The notes beneath the pieces were generated by a model. That model was not told the origin of the DNA and did no database searches. It worked only from the letters and a program-made list of their open reading frames with translations. The position numbers and the translations under genes were made by a program. Positions 1 through 9,929 of a stretch of DNA of 64,000 nucleotides are shown piece by piece. The stretch covers positions 70,331-134,330 of the forward strand of contig JAZDLR010000016.1 in the NCBI GenBank assembly GCA_043801745.1. The letters run 5' to 3'. Positions within the stretch are counted from its first letter, which is position 1. Each line of letters opens with the position of its first letter. Source of the DNA: Candidatus Komeilibacteria bacterium. Lineage in GTDB: Bacteria > Patescibacteriota > Patescibacteriia > UBA1558 > 2-01-FULL-52-15.

Positions 1-602
1 ACTGTTGCCCTTAACAGGGCAGGGTACGACTAGTCGCCCATTGTGCGCCTCCTTTCGTGCGCTGAACAAGGTACATTTCCTACCCAGCAGTTCGGGGTGG
101 GGCAGCAGCCACGCCTGGCTACGGGTGACGTGGCCGCTGCGGCCCCCTGCTGGTTAGTCGTTCACGTTTCCCTCCTTTGGGAAGAAAACTGACTTTTGTG
201 GGACGTGGTTGATCCACGCCCCCAATCGGAATGACTAAAACAGTCTAGCAGAAGCCTATTTTTTTGTCAATATGGGCTGACAGTATTGTGGCTAATATAA
301 GCTAATATGGCTAATATTAGTGAAATATTGTCATAATTAAATCAATATTAAATTATGACAGTATAATTTATAGAAAAAATTGACATTGATTATTTAAGAA
401 AACTTGAATAAAACCATAAATTAAACTGGTAAAAGCGATAATTCTGTCAGTTAGACTTGACAGAATTTTTTATTTGCGCTATGCTCCGTCTTGCCATGCT
501 AGATCTTTAAAATAGAAATATAGATTTACTCGAATTTCTAGACCAATCAGCTGGTATTTTGGTCAACTTGCGGACCAGAAATTATACATCGGGCCGTTCA
601 AT

Positions 603-839
603 TTGCTGACTTATTGGCTGATTGTCTGGGAATTTGAGATAAACTCAACCCTAACCGCGGAGGTAACGGTGAAGAAGCTGCTTGAGGCGCTCAAGGGCTC
701 CCAGCTCATTGCCAAAGGCACCGAGGGTGACAAAGAAATTTGTCACTATCTCCTGCCGGACCGCAGTGGGGTGCTGGAGGTGGAGCTCCCGAAGGCTAAG
801 CCCAAGCAGCCGCCGACCGCGGGTGTTGCCTGGGCTTAG
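603..839 (+). CDS. hypothetical small protein (GC-rich block; start uncertain)
   Basis: 78-aa ORF from the track, downstream of a TTGACA-17-TATGCT promoter at ~456-484. No recognisable motif. An antisense ORF overlaps it. Confidence 0.25.
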   Translation: MLTYWLIVWEFEINSTLTAEVTVKKLLEALKGSQLIAKGTEGDKEICHYLLPDRSGVLEVELPKAKPKQPPTAGVAWA

Positions 840-1540
840 CCTGGAACTTTGATGGAGGTTTTCCGCTTTGGAGAGCGTGACAGCCTGGCAACAGGCGATA
901 CGTGGCACGCTTGGACGCGTGTGCTGCGGGGTGTCCTTCTACGGAAGGAGATCCAATTCTCCACCTAGGAGTTAGGGGTGAGCAGTCCTTACTCTGCGAG
1001 GTCCCCCGAAACGATTAGGCTTACGGCTGTTGGCGCAGCTGTAAGAGTCAGAGGATTTGGGTAGCCCGCCAAAGCTATCTGAATCTGAAAGTCGGTGTCT
1101 AGAGCAGACTGGCCGCAAGCTGGTTTGTCGCTAGACCCCCTGTTACCGACACTGCGTCCCACACTTTCGATAAATGTGTGAACGCAAAACAGGGGTAAGC
1201 CATGACCGTAGGACCATGCCGCAATCCCGTGCGATGCGCGGGTGAAAAGCGGAAGAGAGGAACTGCGTCCTCTCATGCGTGATGCGCCGGCCAGCGCGGA
1301 TCGCAATAAGGTCATGGCGGATAAGAGTGGCATCGTGCTCTCTCACGATGTGGTCAAAGTCGACTGCCGACGCACCGGCGGTTAAGCCCCGCTTAGCTGC
1401 GGGGTGAAAAGTCGACAAGAGTGTGGTTCTTTAGCCTAACACACTCACATTATTTAAAGCCCGATCACCACGATCGGGCCTCTACTCGAGGGCATCACGA
1501 TCGTGATGCATTCAGGGGGAGCATTTAACCAGGAGGTTCG

Positions 1541-1694
1541 AGTGACTCAGGAAAAGATGGTAACCGTGACGCTGCCTTGCGGCTGTCAGATTGTGCAGCG
1601 GCAGTGGGAATCCTTGCCCGCGGTGTGTCCGAAATGTGGTCGGGTATTTGTTCAGGTCAGAATCATCCCGCCGCCACCACGGATCAGGCTGTAG
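1541..1694 (+). CDS. small zinc-ribbon protein (2x CxxC)
   Basis: CGCQ...CPKCGRV motif pairs. A GTG start 6 nt after AGGAGG is more plausible than the ATG at 1503. Confidence 0.35.
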
Positions 1695-1718
1695 ACCACG
1701 ACCTTAAGGAGGTTGGAA

Positions 1719-2084
1719 ATGAGACCGACTCTGTTCGTGAGCATTGAGAGTCACCATAATCAAAGCCCAGTTGCCCGGGCGTTGAGGTTGGTGGGGGCGG
1801 CGTTCGGTGCCCAACCAGTTGATCAGCTGGTGTGCGAAGAGACAGAGGCGGCGATTGCCATTACTGACTCTGTTGCCACCGCGTTCAACCTGGTTGAGGA
1901 AACCGAGAAGACGGACATCCTGTTGGTGTATTTTGAGAAATGTTACCAACAAGAGGTTCGCGCAGTGGCCGAACGTTTTCCGCAGCGTGTGACAGCTGTA
2001 GTGTATATAGCTACGGCTGACAACGAGGTGGAGGTCGTTCCCTTTTTGCACCAACTTATCACCAATAAGATGAAGGAGGTGTAG
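1719..2084 (+). CDS. hypothetical protein
   Basis: ATG 7 nt after AAGGAGG. The listed 1713 start is a TTG 2 codons upstream. Translationally coupled to the next ORFs. Confidence 0.45.
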   Translation: MRPTLFVSIESHHNQSPVARALRLVGAAFGAQPVDQLVCEETEAAIAITDSVATAFNLVEETEKTDILLVYFEKCYQQEVRAVAERFPQRVTAVVYIATADNEVEVVPFLHQLITNKMKEV

Positions 2085-2085
2085 C

Positions 2086-2352
2086 GTGTCACGTTTGGAC
2101 TTCATGGTCTACGAGGACTCCAAGGTCTGCCTGGCTTTCGGGCAGTCGCTGTCAGAAGATCAGGCGGCAGAACTGGCGGCCGGCAGCGACGAGCGGATCT
2201 TTGATCACATTACAGTGGAGTTTCCTGATGACTCATCGGCGGGACTCTTTCTGGACGCACTGATAGCCATGCATAATCTGGACAACCGCAACGGTCTGGA
2301 GGAGTTTCTGACGGTGTTCTACTGGGAAGCAGTCAAAGGAGGAGCGAAATGA
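2086..2352 (+). CDS. hypothetical acidic protein
   Basis: GTG start after AAGGAGG. Its stop overlaps the rnhB start (ATGA-type coupling). Confidence 0.45.
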   Translation: MSRLDFMVYEDSKVCLAFGQSLSEDQAAELAAGSDERIFDHITVEFPDDSSAGLFLDALIAMHNLDNRNGLEEFLTVFYWEAVKGGAK

Positions 2353-3113
2353 CTATTCGGGGCCCTGACAGATTATTAATCTGCGGGGCTCTTTTTCTTT
2401 TTTGCTATACTAAAGTCATGAAATTGATTATTGGTTGTGATGAGGCCCCGCACCGCTCCGCCAGAGCCGGAGCTAAGCGGCGTAAACCGGTCGCAAAGCA
2501 AGACGGCTTTATTAAACAACGGATTTTGATTGGTGTAGACGAGGCGGGCCGTGGTGCCTGGGCCGGCCCACTGGTAGCGGCCGCGGTTTGTTTGAAAAAC
2601 GAAAAAAAATTTAAGCACCCTTTAATTAAAGATTCAAAAAAACTTTCACCACAACAAAGGCAGGAAGTTTTTATTTATTTACAACCAATATGTAAGATTG
2701 GAATTGGCGTTGTTGAGGTAGGGGAGATTAATGAGTGGGGATTGCAGAAGGCCAATGTCGTGGCAGTGGAAAGGGCATTAATAGAAGTAAGGAGAAAGAA
2801 GAAGGGAGTAGGGGAAATCTTAATTGATCATATTGGAGGATTTAAAAATTATACTACGCTGAAAGAAAATTATTCGTTACATAAATTCGGTGAAAGTAAA
2901 TATCAGGAAATTGCGGCGGCGTCTATAGTGGCTAAAGTTTCGCGGGATCAGATGATGTGTAAATTACATAAAAAATTTCCGCACTACGGATTTGCTGAAC
3001 ATAAGGGGTATGGAACCCAGCAACATTTAACAGCGCTAAAGAAATACGGAGTGACGCCACTACACCGTTTAAAATTTCAACCAATAATTCGACTGCGGGA
3101 ATTAGTTGAATAA
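2349..3113 (+). CDS. rnhB: ribonuclease HII
   Basis: ILIGVDEAGRGAWAGPLVAAAV active-site motif. The N-terminus is either at 2349 (RBS AAGGAGG) or at the internal MKLIIG (2418). A degenerate copy of the motif (LIIGCDEAP) precedes the canonical one. Confidence 0.85.
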   Translation: MTIRGPDRLLICGALFLFCYTKVMKLIIGCDEAPHRSARAGAKRRKPVAKQDGFIKQRILIGVDEAGRGAWAGPLVAAAVCLKNEKKFKHPLIKDSKKLSPQQRQEVFIYLQPICKIGIGVVEVGEINEWGLQKANVVAVERALIEVRRKKKGVGEILIDHIGGFKNYTTLKENYSLHKFGESKYQEIAAASIVAKVSRDQMMCKLHKKFPHYGFAEHKGYGTQQHLTALKKYGVTPLHRLKFQPIIRLRELVE

Positions 3114-3191
3114 ACAAATAACCCCGCCGATTCTGATGGGAGCTCCGACTAATCGGAGTATTCCCACCAGAACCGAACGGGGAAAAAGAGA

Positions 3192-4292
3192 TTATTTCTG
3201 GCAAGGCCGGCAGACCCGGGCCTTGGTTTCCTGGAACCGTACCCGCCATGTCCGCTTCTCGGTCGGGAGCGGAAGGAAGGACACGGTGTCACCAGCGGTG
3301 CGTGAGCAGAGAAGCAGCTTCTCGTCGAGAAAGCTGGGAGGCGCCGCCTCGGCTCTGGCCTCTTTTCTTTCCCAGCGCAGGTTGAGCAGCCAGGCGATCC
3401 CGACTATGAGGAGCAATACCGAGTAGAAAATAAGTGGGGTGATGAGAAGGTACAGCCACCAGTTCCCCGTAGGCAGTCCAATGGTGTCGGCGACAATGAC
3501 GACTATCATGAAAAGTGCCAGCCAGATCAGGGGCGTAATAGGAACAAGGAAAACGTTGCCCCGGGCAGGATAATCATCGTAGTCACTGGACCGCACATCG
3601 TCGGGGTTGTAATTCAAGGGGTTGATTACCGGTCTCCAATCGATCCCCTGTTTGTTAAGGAGAAGGAGTCGCCAGACGGCATAGATCAGGGCTAGCAGCG
3701 GCTTGAGCAAGAAAATCACGACCGGCTGAATGAAGATGGCCACCAGCAGCCGCCCGCGTTCTTCACACTCGTTGGCCGGTTCGGAACCGAACCAGCGACT
3801 GATCCAGTGTTTCCACCAGGTCGGCCGTATGGGCGCGAAGTTCTTGTCAGATACGATGACCTTGACGGAGTCAAGGGCGATGAACTTCAGCTCCAGCTCT
3901 CGTCCGATAGTGCGCTGCAGCTCGGCCAAATCATAGCCTTCATCGTTGTAATTGAAGAGCTGACAGCTGAAGCTTCTGAAGGGACGGTTCAGAAGCTTCC
4001 GCATTTTTTCGGCCCCCCCCTTTCCTCCCAGCATGGAGTAGAAGACCAGGCCGATCAGATCATTGGCTCCGCCGGCATTGAACTGGACGAACTGCTGGAG
4101 TTCGTCAGCCCGCACCAGCCAACGCTGCTCATATCCGCTTTTGGTGCGGGTAACAAGCAGAACATAGATTTCCCTGACCTTTTCCTTGAAGGCCAGGGCT
4201 TCCAGCTCAGCAGCGTCAAAGCACCACTGAACCGGTAGATTGTTGGCCGCTTGTTCCAAGGCGGCCGGGATCAGTTTGAACTTGATGAACAT
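3192..4292 (-). CDS. membrane protein with ~190-aa cytosolic N-terminal domain and 3-4 C-terminal TM helices; unknown function
   Basis: Start set at MFIKFK (ATG 4292) with GGAGGT RBS 6 nt upstream. GC-rich relative to neighbours. Hydrophobic segments IFLLKPLLALIYAVW, LIWLALFMIVVIV and LLITPLIFYSVLLLIVGIAWLL. Confidence 0.6.
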   Translation of the reverse strand: MFIKFKLIPAALEQAANNLPVQWCFDAAELEALAFKEKVREIYVLLVTRTKSGYEQRWLVRADELQQFVQFNAGGANDLIGLVFYSMLGGKGGAEKMRKLLNRPFRSFSCQLFNYNDEGYDLAELQRTIGRELELKFIALDSVKVIVSDKNFAPIRPTWWKHWISRWFGSEPANECEERGRLLVAIFIQPVVIFLLKPLLALIYAVWRLLLLNKQGIDWRPVINPLNYNPDDVRSSDYDDYPARGNVFLVPITPLIWLALFMIVVIVADTIGLPTGNWWLYLLITPLIFYSVLLLIVGIAWLLNLRWERKEARAEAAPPSFLDEKLLLCSRTAGDTVSFLPLPTEKRTWRVRFQETKARVCRPCQK

Positions 4293-4410
4293 GGTTACCT
4301 CCGGGTTTGGGGTATTGTTGGCGCCGAGAAATGTGCAGGAAAAAGAATGTAAAAGGACGGGATCATATTTGCCTGATTTTGTCAAGAGGACATTCAATTA
4401 AATAACAAAA

Positions 4411-4460
4411 GCCCCGTTCCGCTGACTGCTTTTGCTTTGCAATCTTTTTGCGGAACGGGG
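4411..4460. promoter_or_regulatory. 12-bp-stem hairpin GCCCCGTTCCGC...GCGGAACGGGG in a divergent intergenic region
   Basis: Perfect inverted repeat with 27-nt loop. On the minus strand it is followed by a T-rich stretch (cttttgttattt). Lies between the 3192-4292 (-) gene start and the 4706 (+) gene. Confidence 0.4.
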
Positions 4461-4705
4461 ACACATCAGAACTGCAGCGCTGAGCCGCTGGGCGGAAAAT
4501 AGCACCAGACCAAACTCATCACGAAAACCACTGCACAGCAAGCGAGGAAAATAACAAAGAGAGAGAATAACCAGCGCCTGACCCTTTCCCGATTAATTCT
4601 CACCTAGCGCCTCCTTGGCTGGGTACGAAAACTTAAACATCCTAGTTCTTTTTTGGGTCAGCGTCAATGCTAGTAATTTAACAGCATTTATTTTATACTG
4701 TACTT

Positions 4706-5269
4706 ATGCAACAAATTATTTCCGGTGGCAACGAACTACTGGATCCGAAGAAAATTTTGGGTGACAATTTACATCTCGAATCGGCCAAGGTAGTGGGCGA
4801 CTTGGGTTGTGGTGGCGCCGGTTATTTTACTATGGCTGCGGCCCGTCTAGTGGGCGACCAGGGTCAGGTTTATGCTGTTGATATTCTGAAGACGGTTTTA
4901 TCCAGCGTGGAAAGTAAGGCGCGTATGCAGAAACTTTATAATGTTAAGCCAATCTGGAGCAACCTGGAAGTTTATGGCGCTACGTCGATTCCCGAAGCTT
5001 CGCTGGATTACGCCTTACTAATCAACATTTTATTTCAATCACACCAGCATAAGGAAATCATGGCTGAGGCTGTGCGCCTGATGAAGCCGGGGGCGAAATT
5101 AGTGGTAATTGACTGGGATCGGGGACATAATGCTTTGGGCCCGTCTGAGGCTGATAAGGTGGATCAGGATAAGATCCGGCAATATGCTGGCGAATTAAAT
5201 TTGGCCGAGATTGACGATTTCAAAGCTGGACAATATCATTTCGGTATGATATTTATGAAAGCTAGTTAA
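4706..5269 (+). CDS. class I SAM-dependent methyltransferase
   Basis: VGDLGCGGAGYFT glycine-rich motif I, then acidic motif II (VYAVDI). Confidence 0.7.
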   Translation: MQQIISGGNELLDPKKILGDNLHLESAKVVGDLGCGGAGYFTMAAARLVGDQGQVYAVDILKTVLSSVESKARMQKLYNVKPIWSNLEVYGATSIPEASLDYALLINILFQSHQHKEIMAEAVRLMKPGAKLVVIDWDRGHNALGPSEADKVDQDKIRQYAGELNLAEIDDFKAGQYHFGMIFMKAS

Positions 5270-5270
5270 T

Positions 5271-5666
5271 ATGCCTATTTGGATCGACTATCTTTTTAAT
5301 CTGACTCCGGGAGCGCCGAACTTAATGTTCTGGCGCAGTTTATTTGTAATTATTGGTTTATTGTTGGCCGCAGGCATTGCCGGTATTATTTTGCAGCGCA
5401 GTGAAGACAAGTTCACCCATCGTTTGGGTGAGCGTTTGACTCTCTGGGGATTTACTACAGCCGTGGTCATGTTGCTGCTGGCCAGCTTTCGTTTTCAGAA
5501 TGTTTACTGGTTCAGTATGCGTTTTCTTTTGTATTTTTGGGCCGCCCTGATGGCTGTTTGGATAGTAATAATTTCTTGGTGGTGGTTTATGAAGGTCCCA
5601 CATTTACGCCTGAAGCGTCAGAAGAATCAGGAATATAATAAATACTTGCCCGGAATTAGGCATTAA
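5271..5666 (+). CDS. small integral membrane protein
   Basis: Three predicted TM segments. Coupled to the upstream methyltransferase (stop/start 1 nt apart). Confidence 0.5.
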   Translation: MPIWIDYLFNLTPGAPNLMFWRSLFVIIGLLLAAGIAGIILQRSEDKFTHRLGERLTLWGFTTAVVMLLLASFRFQNVYWFSMRFLLYFWAALMAVWIVIISWWWFMKVPHLRLKRQKNQEYNKYLPGIRH

Positions 5667-5747
5667 GCTTTGGGCGTTAACTGGTAGTTGATTAAAATCG
5701 AAACAAGCTTTCAAAATAGGGGAGCTTTATTTTTTTTGTGAACAAAC

Positions 5748-6113
5748 ATGTTTAACTATAAACAAAGATTGGGGAAACAAGGAGAAAGCGCCGTGGTGCG
5801 TTGGATCCGCCAGCAGGGAGGTACTGTAATAGCCCGCAATAAACACTATTCCGGAGGTGAGTTGGATATTGTTGCTTGGTGGCAAGACCGCCTGTGTTTT
5901 ATCGAGGTTAAAACCCGAAGATATAATGATGATAATTATGGCGGATTGGACGAGGCCATTACCGCTGTCAAGTTAAACAAATTAAACGTGGCCGCACAGG
6001 CCTTTCTTCAGGGGTTGGTCAGCGAGCTGCCGGCTAGATATTTGATAGCGCTGGTTATAATCAATAATAATAAACAATTTACCATCCGCCTTGTTGAAAT
6101 TGAGGAAATATAG
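5748..6113 (+). CDS. yraN: YraN-family (UPF0102) endonuclease-like protein
   Basis: GESAVVRWIRQQGGTVIARNKHYSGGELDIVAW...IEVKTR matches the YraN/UPF0102 pattern. Confidence 0.7.
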   Translation: MFNYKQRLGKQGESAVVRWIRQQGGTVIARNKHYSGGELDIVAWWQDRLCFIEVKTRRYNDDNYGGLDEAITAVKLNKLNVAAQAFLQGLVSELPARYLIALVIINNNKQFTIRLVEIEEI

Positions 6114-6199
6114 GTCCGGCTTTGATCAGAAACCACCGGTTGTGTGATAATGGGGTTGACGAATATTATTAATATGTTATTATCATCCAGCTATATTAG

Positions 6200-6420
6200 T
6201 GTAGCAAAAAGTACTTTTGTGAAATCGATATGAAGGGGGTCGCGGACACCGTTAGCTGATGGGAGCTATCACTACCCCGACAAGATTCGTCTTGTCGCTC
6301 CCGCGGCATACATCGCCAGGCTTAATTGTCTGGCACACTGCATCGTCCGCCCCCTTCGCCATTTGGACCTCGCCGCTTTCTGACAACTCAGATCCACACG
6401 CGGCGGGGTCTTTCTTTTTC
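6200..6420 (+). ncRNA. candidate small RNA (GC-rich, ~200 nt) ending in an intrinsic terminator
   Basis: Promoter-like TTGACG-17-ATTATC at ~6156-6190. GC-rich ORF-poor body. Hairpin CCGCCGC...GCGGCGG followed by GGTCTTTCTTTTT at ~6378-6420. The overlapping 60-aa ORF 6259-6441 is S/P/T-rich and not protein-like. Confidence 0.3.
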
Positions 6421-6446
6421 CCCTTAGAAACTTGGTTCTAACGGGG
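6420..6446. promoter_or_regulatory. palindrome CCCC-TTAGAA-ACTTGG-TTCTAACGGGG directly 5' of the nusA -35 box
   Basis: Inverted repeat seen directly. One arm lacks the G. Confidence 0.5.
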
Positions 6447-6448
6447 CT

Positions 6449-6477
6449 TTGACAAAAAAAGCCAGGTGTCCTATTCT
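6449..6477 (+). promoter_or_regulatory. sigma70-like promoter of nusA (TTGACA-17-TATTCT)
   Basis: Exact TTGACA and TATTCT separated by 17 bp, ~155 nt upstream of the nusA ATG. Immediately preceded by the CCCC-TTAGAA...TTCTAACGGGG palindrome. Confidence 0.5.
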
Positions 6478-6632
6478 ATGATCATAGGCTTAGTGTACAA
6501 CTATGCCTTTTTTTCTTCATTAAAATTATCATCCCGCTCTAGCGGGATGAAGATCTAATAGAGAAAAACCCGCCGAAGCTCCGAGCTAATCGAGGGGCGT
6601 AGGCGGGTTATTAACTCACTAGCAAGTAAAAC

Positions 6633-7886
6633 ATGTCTAACGAAATTTTGCAGGCCATTAAAGTAATTTGTGAGGAAAAAAATCTTTCCGTGGAATCAGT
6701 AATTGAAACCATCGAGGCTGCGATGGCCGCGGCTTACCGTAAAGATTTTGCCGAAAAGAATCAAAACATTAAGGTTGTTTTTGATGCCAAAACCGGCAAT
6801 TCCAAAGTGTATGATGTTAAGGTGGTAGTGCCAGACGCTGATCTTGAAGCTCAAGAAGCTGCCTGGGAAGAGCAGCATGCCCGCCGGGAAGCCGGCGAGG
6901 AGATCACCGCAGAGGATGAAGTCAAGCGTTTTAATCCCAAAACGGAAATAATGCTGGCTGATGCCAAAAAGATTAAGAAGGGTCTGGAAGTTGGCGAAGA
7001 AATAACCACCGAACTGAAAGTTCCGGCTGAATATGGACGCATGGCAGCGCAAACAGCTAAGCAGGTTATTATTCAACGTTTACGTGAAGCCGAACGGGAA
7101 AATGTTTTTGCTAATTATAAAGATAAGGTTGGTATTATTGTGACCGGTACGGTGCAACGTTTTGATGGGCGGGCCGTGGTAATTGATCTGGGTCAGGCGC
7201 AGGCTTTGATGACACCGGAAGAACAAATCCGTAATGAGCGTTATATGCCCGGTTCGCGTTTTAAGTTTTATATCGTAGCCGTAGAAATGAAGGCTAAGGG
7301 CCCGGAAATTATTGTTTCCCGCGCGCACGCTGAATTAGTACGTCAGTTATTTGCCCAAGAAGTTCCTGAAGTCAGCGCTGGGACTGTAATAATCAAAGAG
7401 GTGGCACGTGAAGCGGGCTCCCGCACTAAAGTGGCGGTCAGCACCGAAGACCCCAATATTGATCCGGTTGGTTCCTGTGTGGGCCAGCGCGGTACCCGCG
7501 TGCAAACAGTTATTGCTGAATTGGGCGGTGAGAAAATTGATATTATTGAATGGAGCGATGATACGGAATTATTTATTACTCAGGCTCTGTCGCCAGCCAA
7601 AGTTATTTCGGTGGAGTTACAGCCCGAGACGAAGGTCGCAGTAGTTAAGGTTCCGGAAGATCAGCTGTCCCTGGCTATTGGCCGGTCAGGTCAAAATGTG
7701 CGCTTAGCTTCCAAGCTAACAGGCTGGAAGATTGATATTGCTTCACCTGACGGAACCTTGCAGGGTATGGCTGAGCCCGGTGATGAAACCGCGTCCGTCA
7801 GTCCCGAAAACATTGTGGCAGAAGACGCCGCTAACCCCGCCGAAGAGGTTGCGGCTGCTCCTAAAGAGGAAGCAGAATCTAATTAA
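6633..7886 (+). CDS. nusA: transcription termination/antitermination factor NusA
   Basis: N-terminal MSNEILQAIKVICEEKNLSVESVIETIEAAMAAAYRK is typical of NusA. S1 and KH regions follow (GQRGTRVQTVIAELGGEKIDII). Confidence 0.9.
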   Translation: MSNEILQAIKVICEEKNLSVESVIETIEAAMAAAYRKDFAEKNQNIKVVFDAKTGNSKVYDVKVVVPDADLEAQEAAWEEQHARREAGEEITAEDEVKRFNPKTEIMLADAKKIKKGLEVGEEITTELKVPAEYGRMAAQTAKQVIIQRLREAERENVFANYKDKVGIIVTGTVQRFDGRAVVIDLGQAQALMTPEEQIRNERYMPGSRFKFYIVAVEMKAKGPEIIVSRAHAELVRQLFAQEVPEVSAGTVIIKEVAREAGSRTKVAVSTEDPNIDPVGSCVGQRGTRVQTVIAELGGEKIDIIEWSDDTELFITQALSPAKVISVELQPETKVAVVKVPEDQLSLAIGRSGQNVRLASKLTGWKIDIASPDGTLQGMAEPGDETASVSPENIVAEDAANPAEEVAAAPKEEAESN

Positions 7887-7907
7887 CGTTAATAATTTTT
7901 CAACCCT

Positions 7908-9929
7908 ATGGTAACTACCATTGTGTTTCCTTTGCTGGCAGCGGTACTGGCTATTGCTGCCGGTCTATTATTGGCCCGCCGTGTTATGAGCCAGTCGGCT
8001 GGTACGGATAAGATGAAAGAAATCGCCGGTGCTATTCAGCAAGGCGCCAAGGCTTTCCTTAACCGTCAATATAAGACCGTGGCTTTTATCGCACTGCCAT
8101 TATTTCTAATTATCGGTTTTATTCCAGCTTTGGGTTGGTCGACGGCCGTCAGCTTCATTATTGGCGCTACCCTATCAGCCGCTGCCGGAATTATCGGCAT
8201 GAATGTGGCGGTCCGGGCCAACGTCAGAACCGCGGCCGCTGCCAATAATGGGTTAGCTCCGGCTTTACGTACGGCGGTTTTTGGTGGAGCGGTAACCGGA
8301 TTTCTGGTAGTTGGTTTGGGACTTTTGGGAGTGGCCGGTTTGTACGGCCTGGGCATGAGCGTCAATCACTTGATTGGCCTAACTTTTGGTTCTAGTTTAA
8401 TATCTGTTTTCGCGCGTTTAGGCGGCGGTATTTTTACTAAAGCAGCTGATGTGGGCGCTGATTTGGTGGGCAAGGTGGAAGCCGGCATTCCGGAGGATGA
8501 TCCGCGCAACCCGGCTACCATTGCCGACAATGTTGGTGATAATGTGGGCGATTGCGCCGGTATGGCCGCTGATTTATTTGAAACTTATGCAGTGACCTCG
8601 GTGATCACCATGTTGGTTGGCAGTCTGACCTATGTTGGTAAAGAGGAGGCAATTCTTTACCCACTAATTATTGGTGGTGTTTCGGTGATCAGCTCTTTGA
8701 TTGGATTATTCTTTATCCGTTTAGGCAAGGGCAAAAATATTATGGGCGCTCTTTATAAGGGTCTGATCGCGGCCGGAGTTTTGTCGGCTATTATTCTTTA
8801 CCCTATCACCACGTCCATGATGAGTGACTTGGTTAGCGTTAAAGCCCTAAATATTTACTGGTCAGCTTTGATTGGTTTGGCGGTTACTGCTTTTATGGTG
8901 GTTATTACGGAGTATTATACTTCCACTAAATACCGCCCGGTCCAGAATGTGGCCAAAGCCTCAGTTACCGGACACGGTACCAATGTTATTGCCGGTCTGG
9001 CCCTGTCTATGCGCTCGACGATTTGGCCCGCCCTGGTTATTATTATCGCCATCTTGTCCAGTTTCTGGTTGGCCGGTATTTATGGTGTGGCCATTGCGGC
9101 CATGGCCATGCTGTCCTTAGCAGGTATGATAGTTACTATTGATGCTTATGGACCGATTGCTGATAATGCCGGCGGTATCGCCGAAATGAGCGGTATGGAT
9201 AAAAATATTCGCGATGACATTATTGATCCTTTGGATGCTGTTGGGAATACCACCAAGGCCGTGACCAAGGGTTATGCTATTGCTTCGGCCGGCCTGGCAG
9301 CTCTAGTACTATTCTATGCTTATGTAACAGAAATTCAGCGGGCCGGTGCCAGTATCATCTTTGAATTATCTAATCCTTATGTGGTGGCCGGTTTGTTACT
9401 GGGTGGCTTGCTGCCGTTCTGGTTCTCATCGCTGTCCATGGAAGCGGTGGGTAAAGCAGCTGGCGCGGTAGTGGAAGAGGTGCGCTCACAATTTAAGAAT
9501 GATCCCGGTATTATGGCCGGAACTTCTAAACCTAATTATGCCCGCGCTGTTGACATTGTGACGTTGTCGGCTTTACGTCAGATGATTGTGCCAGCTTTGA
9601 TTCCGGTTTTGGCTCCGATTATTTTGGCTGTGATATTTATCAGACACGGCGAGCTGGCCATTCTGACAATTGGCGGTATGCTGATCGGCAGCATTGTCAC
9701 CGGTCTGTTCTTGGCTATTTCTATGACCTCTGGCGGCGGCGCTTGGGATAATGCTAAAAAATATATTGAAAAAGGCAATTTTGGCGGCAAGGGCAGCGAT
9801 GCTCATAAGGCCGCGGTTACCGGTGATACGGTCGGCGATCCTTACAAAGATACTGCCGGCCCGGCGATTAATCCGATGATTAAGATTCTTAATATTGTGG
9901 CTCTACTTTTGGTTGCCTTATTACTCTAA
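7908..9929 (+). CDS. hppA: membrane-bound proton/sodium-translocating pyrophosphatase
   Basis: [39 protein letters not shown] and [13 protein letters not shown] signature motifs of H+/Na+-PPases. 673 aa and highly hydrophobic. Confidence 0.9.
   Translation: MVTTIVFPLLAAVLAIAAGLLLARRVMSQSAGTDKMKEIAGAIQQGAKAFLNRQYKTVAFIALPLFLIIGFIPALGWSTAVSFIIGATLSAAAGIIGMNVAVRANVRTAAAANNGLAPALRTAVFGGAVTGFLVVGLGLLGVAGLYGLGMSVNHLIGLTFGSSLISVFARLGGGIFTKAADVGADLVGKVEAGIPEDDPRNPATIADNVGDNVGDCAGMAADLFETYAVTSVITMLVGSLTYVGKEEAILYPLIIGGVSVISSLIGLFFIRLGKGKNIMGALYKGLIAAGVLSAIILYPITTSMMSDLVSVKALNIYWSALIGLAVTAFMVVITEYYTSTKYRPVQNVAKASVTGHGTNVIAGLALSMRSTIWPALVIIIAILSSFWLAGIYGVAIAAMAMLSLAGMIVTIDAYGPIADNAGGIAEMSGMDKNIRDDIIDPLDAVGNTTKAVTKGYAIASAGLAALVLFYAYVTEIQRAGASIIFELSNPYVVAGLLLGGLLPFWFSSLSMEAVGKAAGAVVEEVRSQFKNDPGIMAGTSKPNYARAVDIVTLSALRQMIVPALIPVLAPIILAVIFIRHGELAILTIGGMLIGSIVTGLFLAISMTSGGGAWDNAKKYIEKGNFGGKGSDAHKAAVTGDTVGDPYKDTAGPAINPMIKILNIVALLLVALLL

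Noticed and set aside
2418-3113. rnhB as a chimeric foreign/native fusion based on the GC shift within the gene
   Set aside because: The GC-rich portion coincides with Gly/Ala-rich active-site codons, so composition alone is not evidence. Kept only as a low-interest note on the motif duplication.
6259-6441. 60-aa ORF upstream of nusA as a protein
   Set aside because: S/P/T-rich and non-protein-like, with no SD. The region is better explained as an RNA ending in a terminator.
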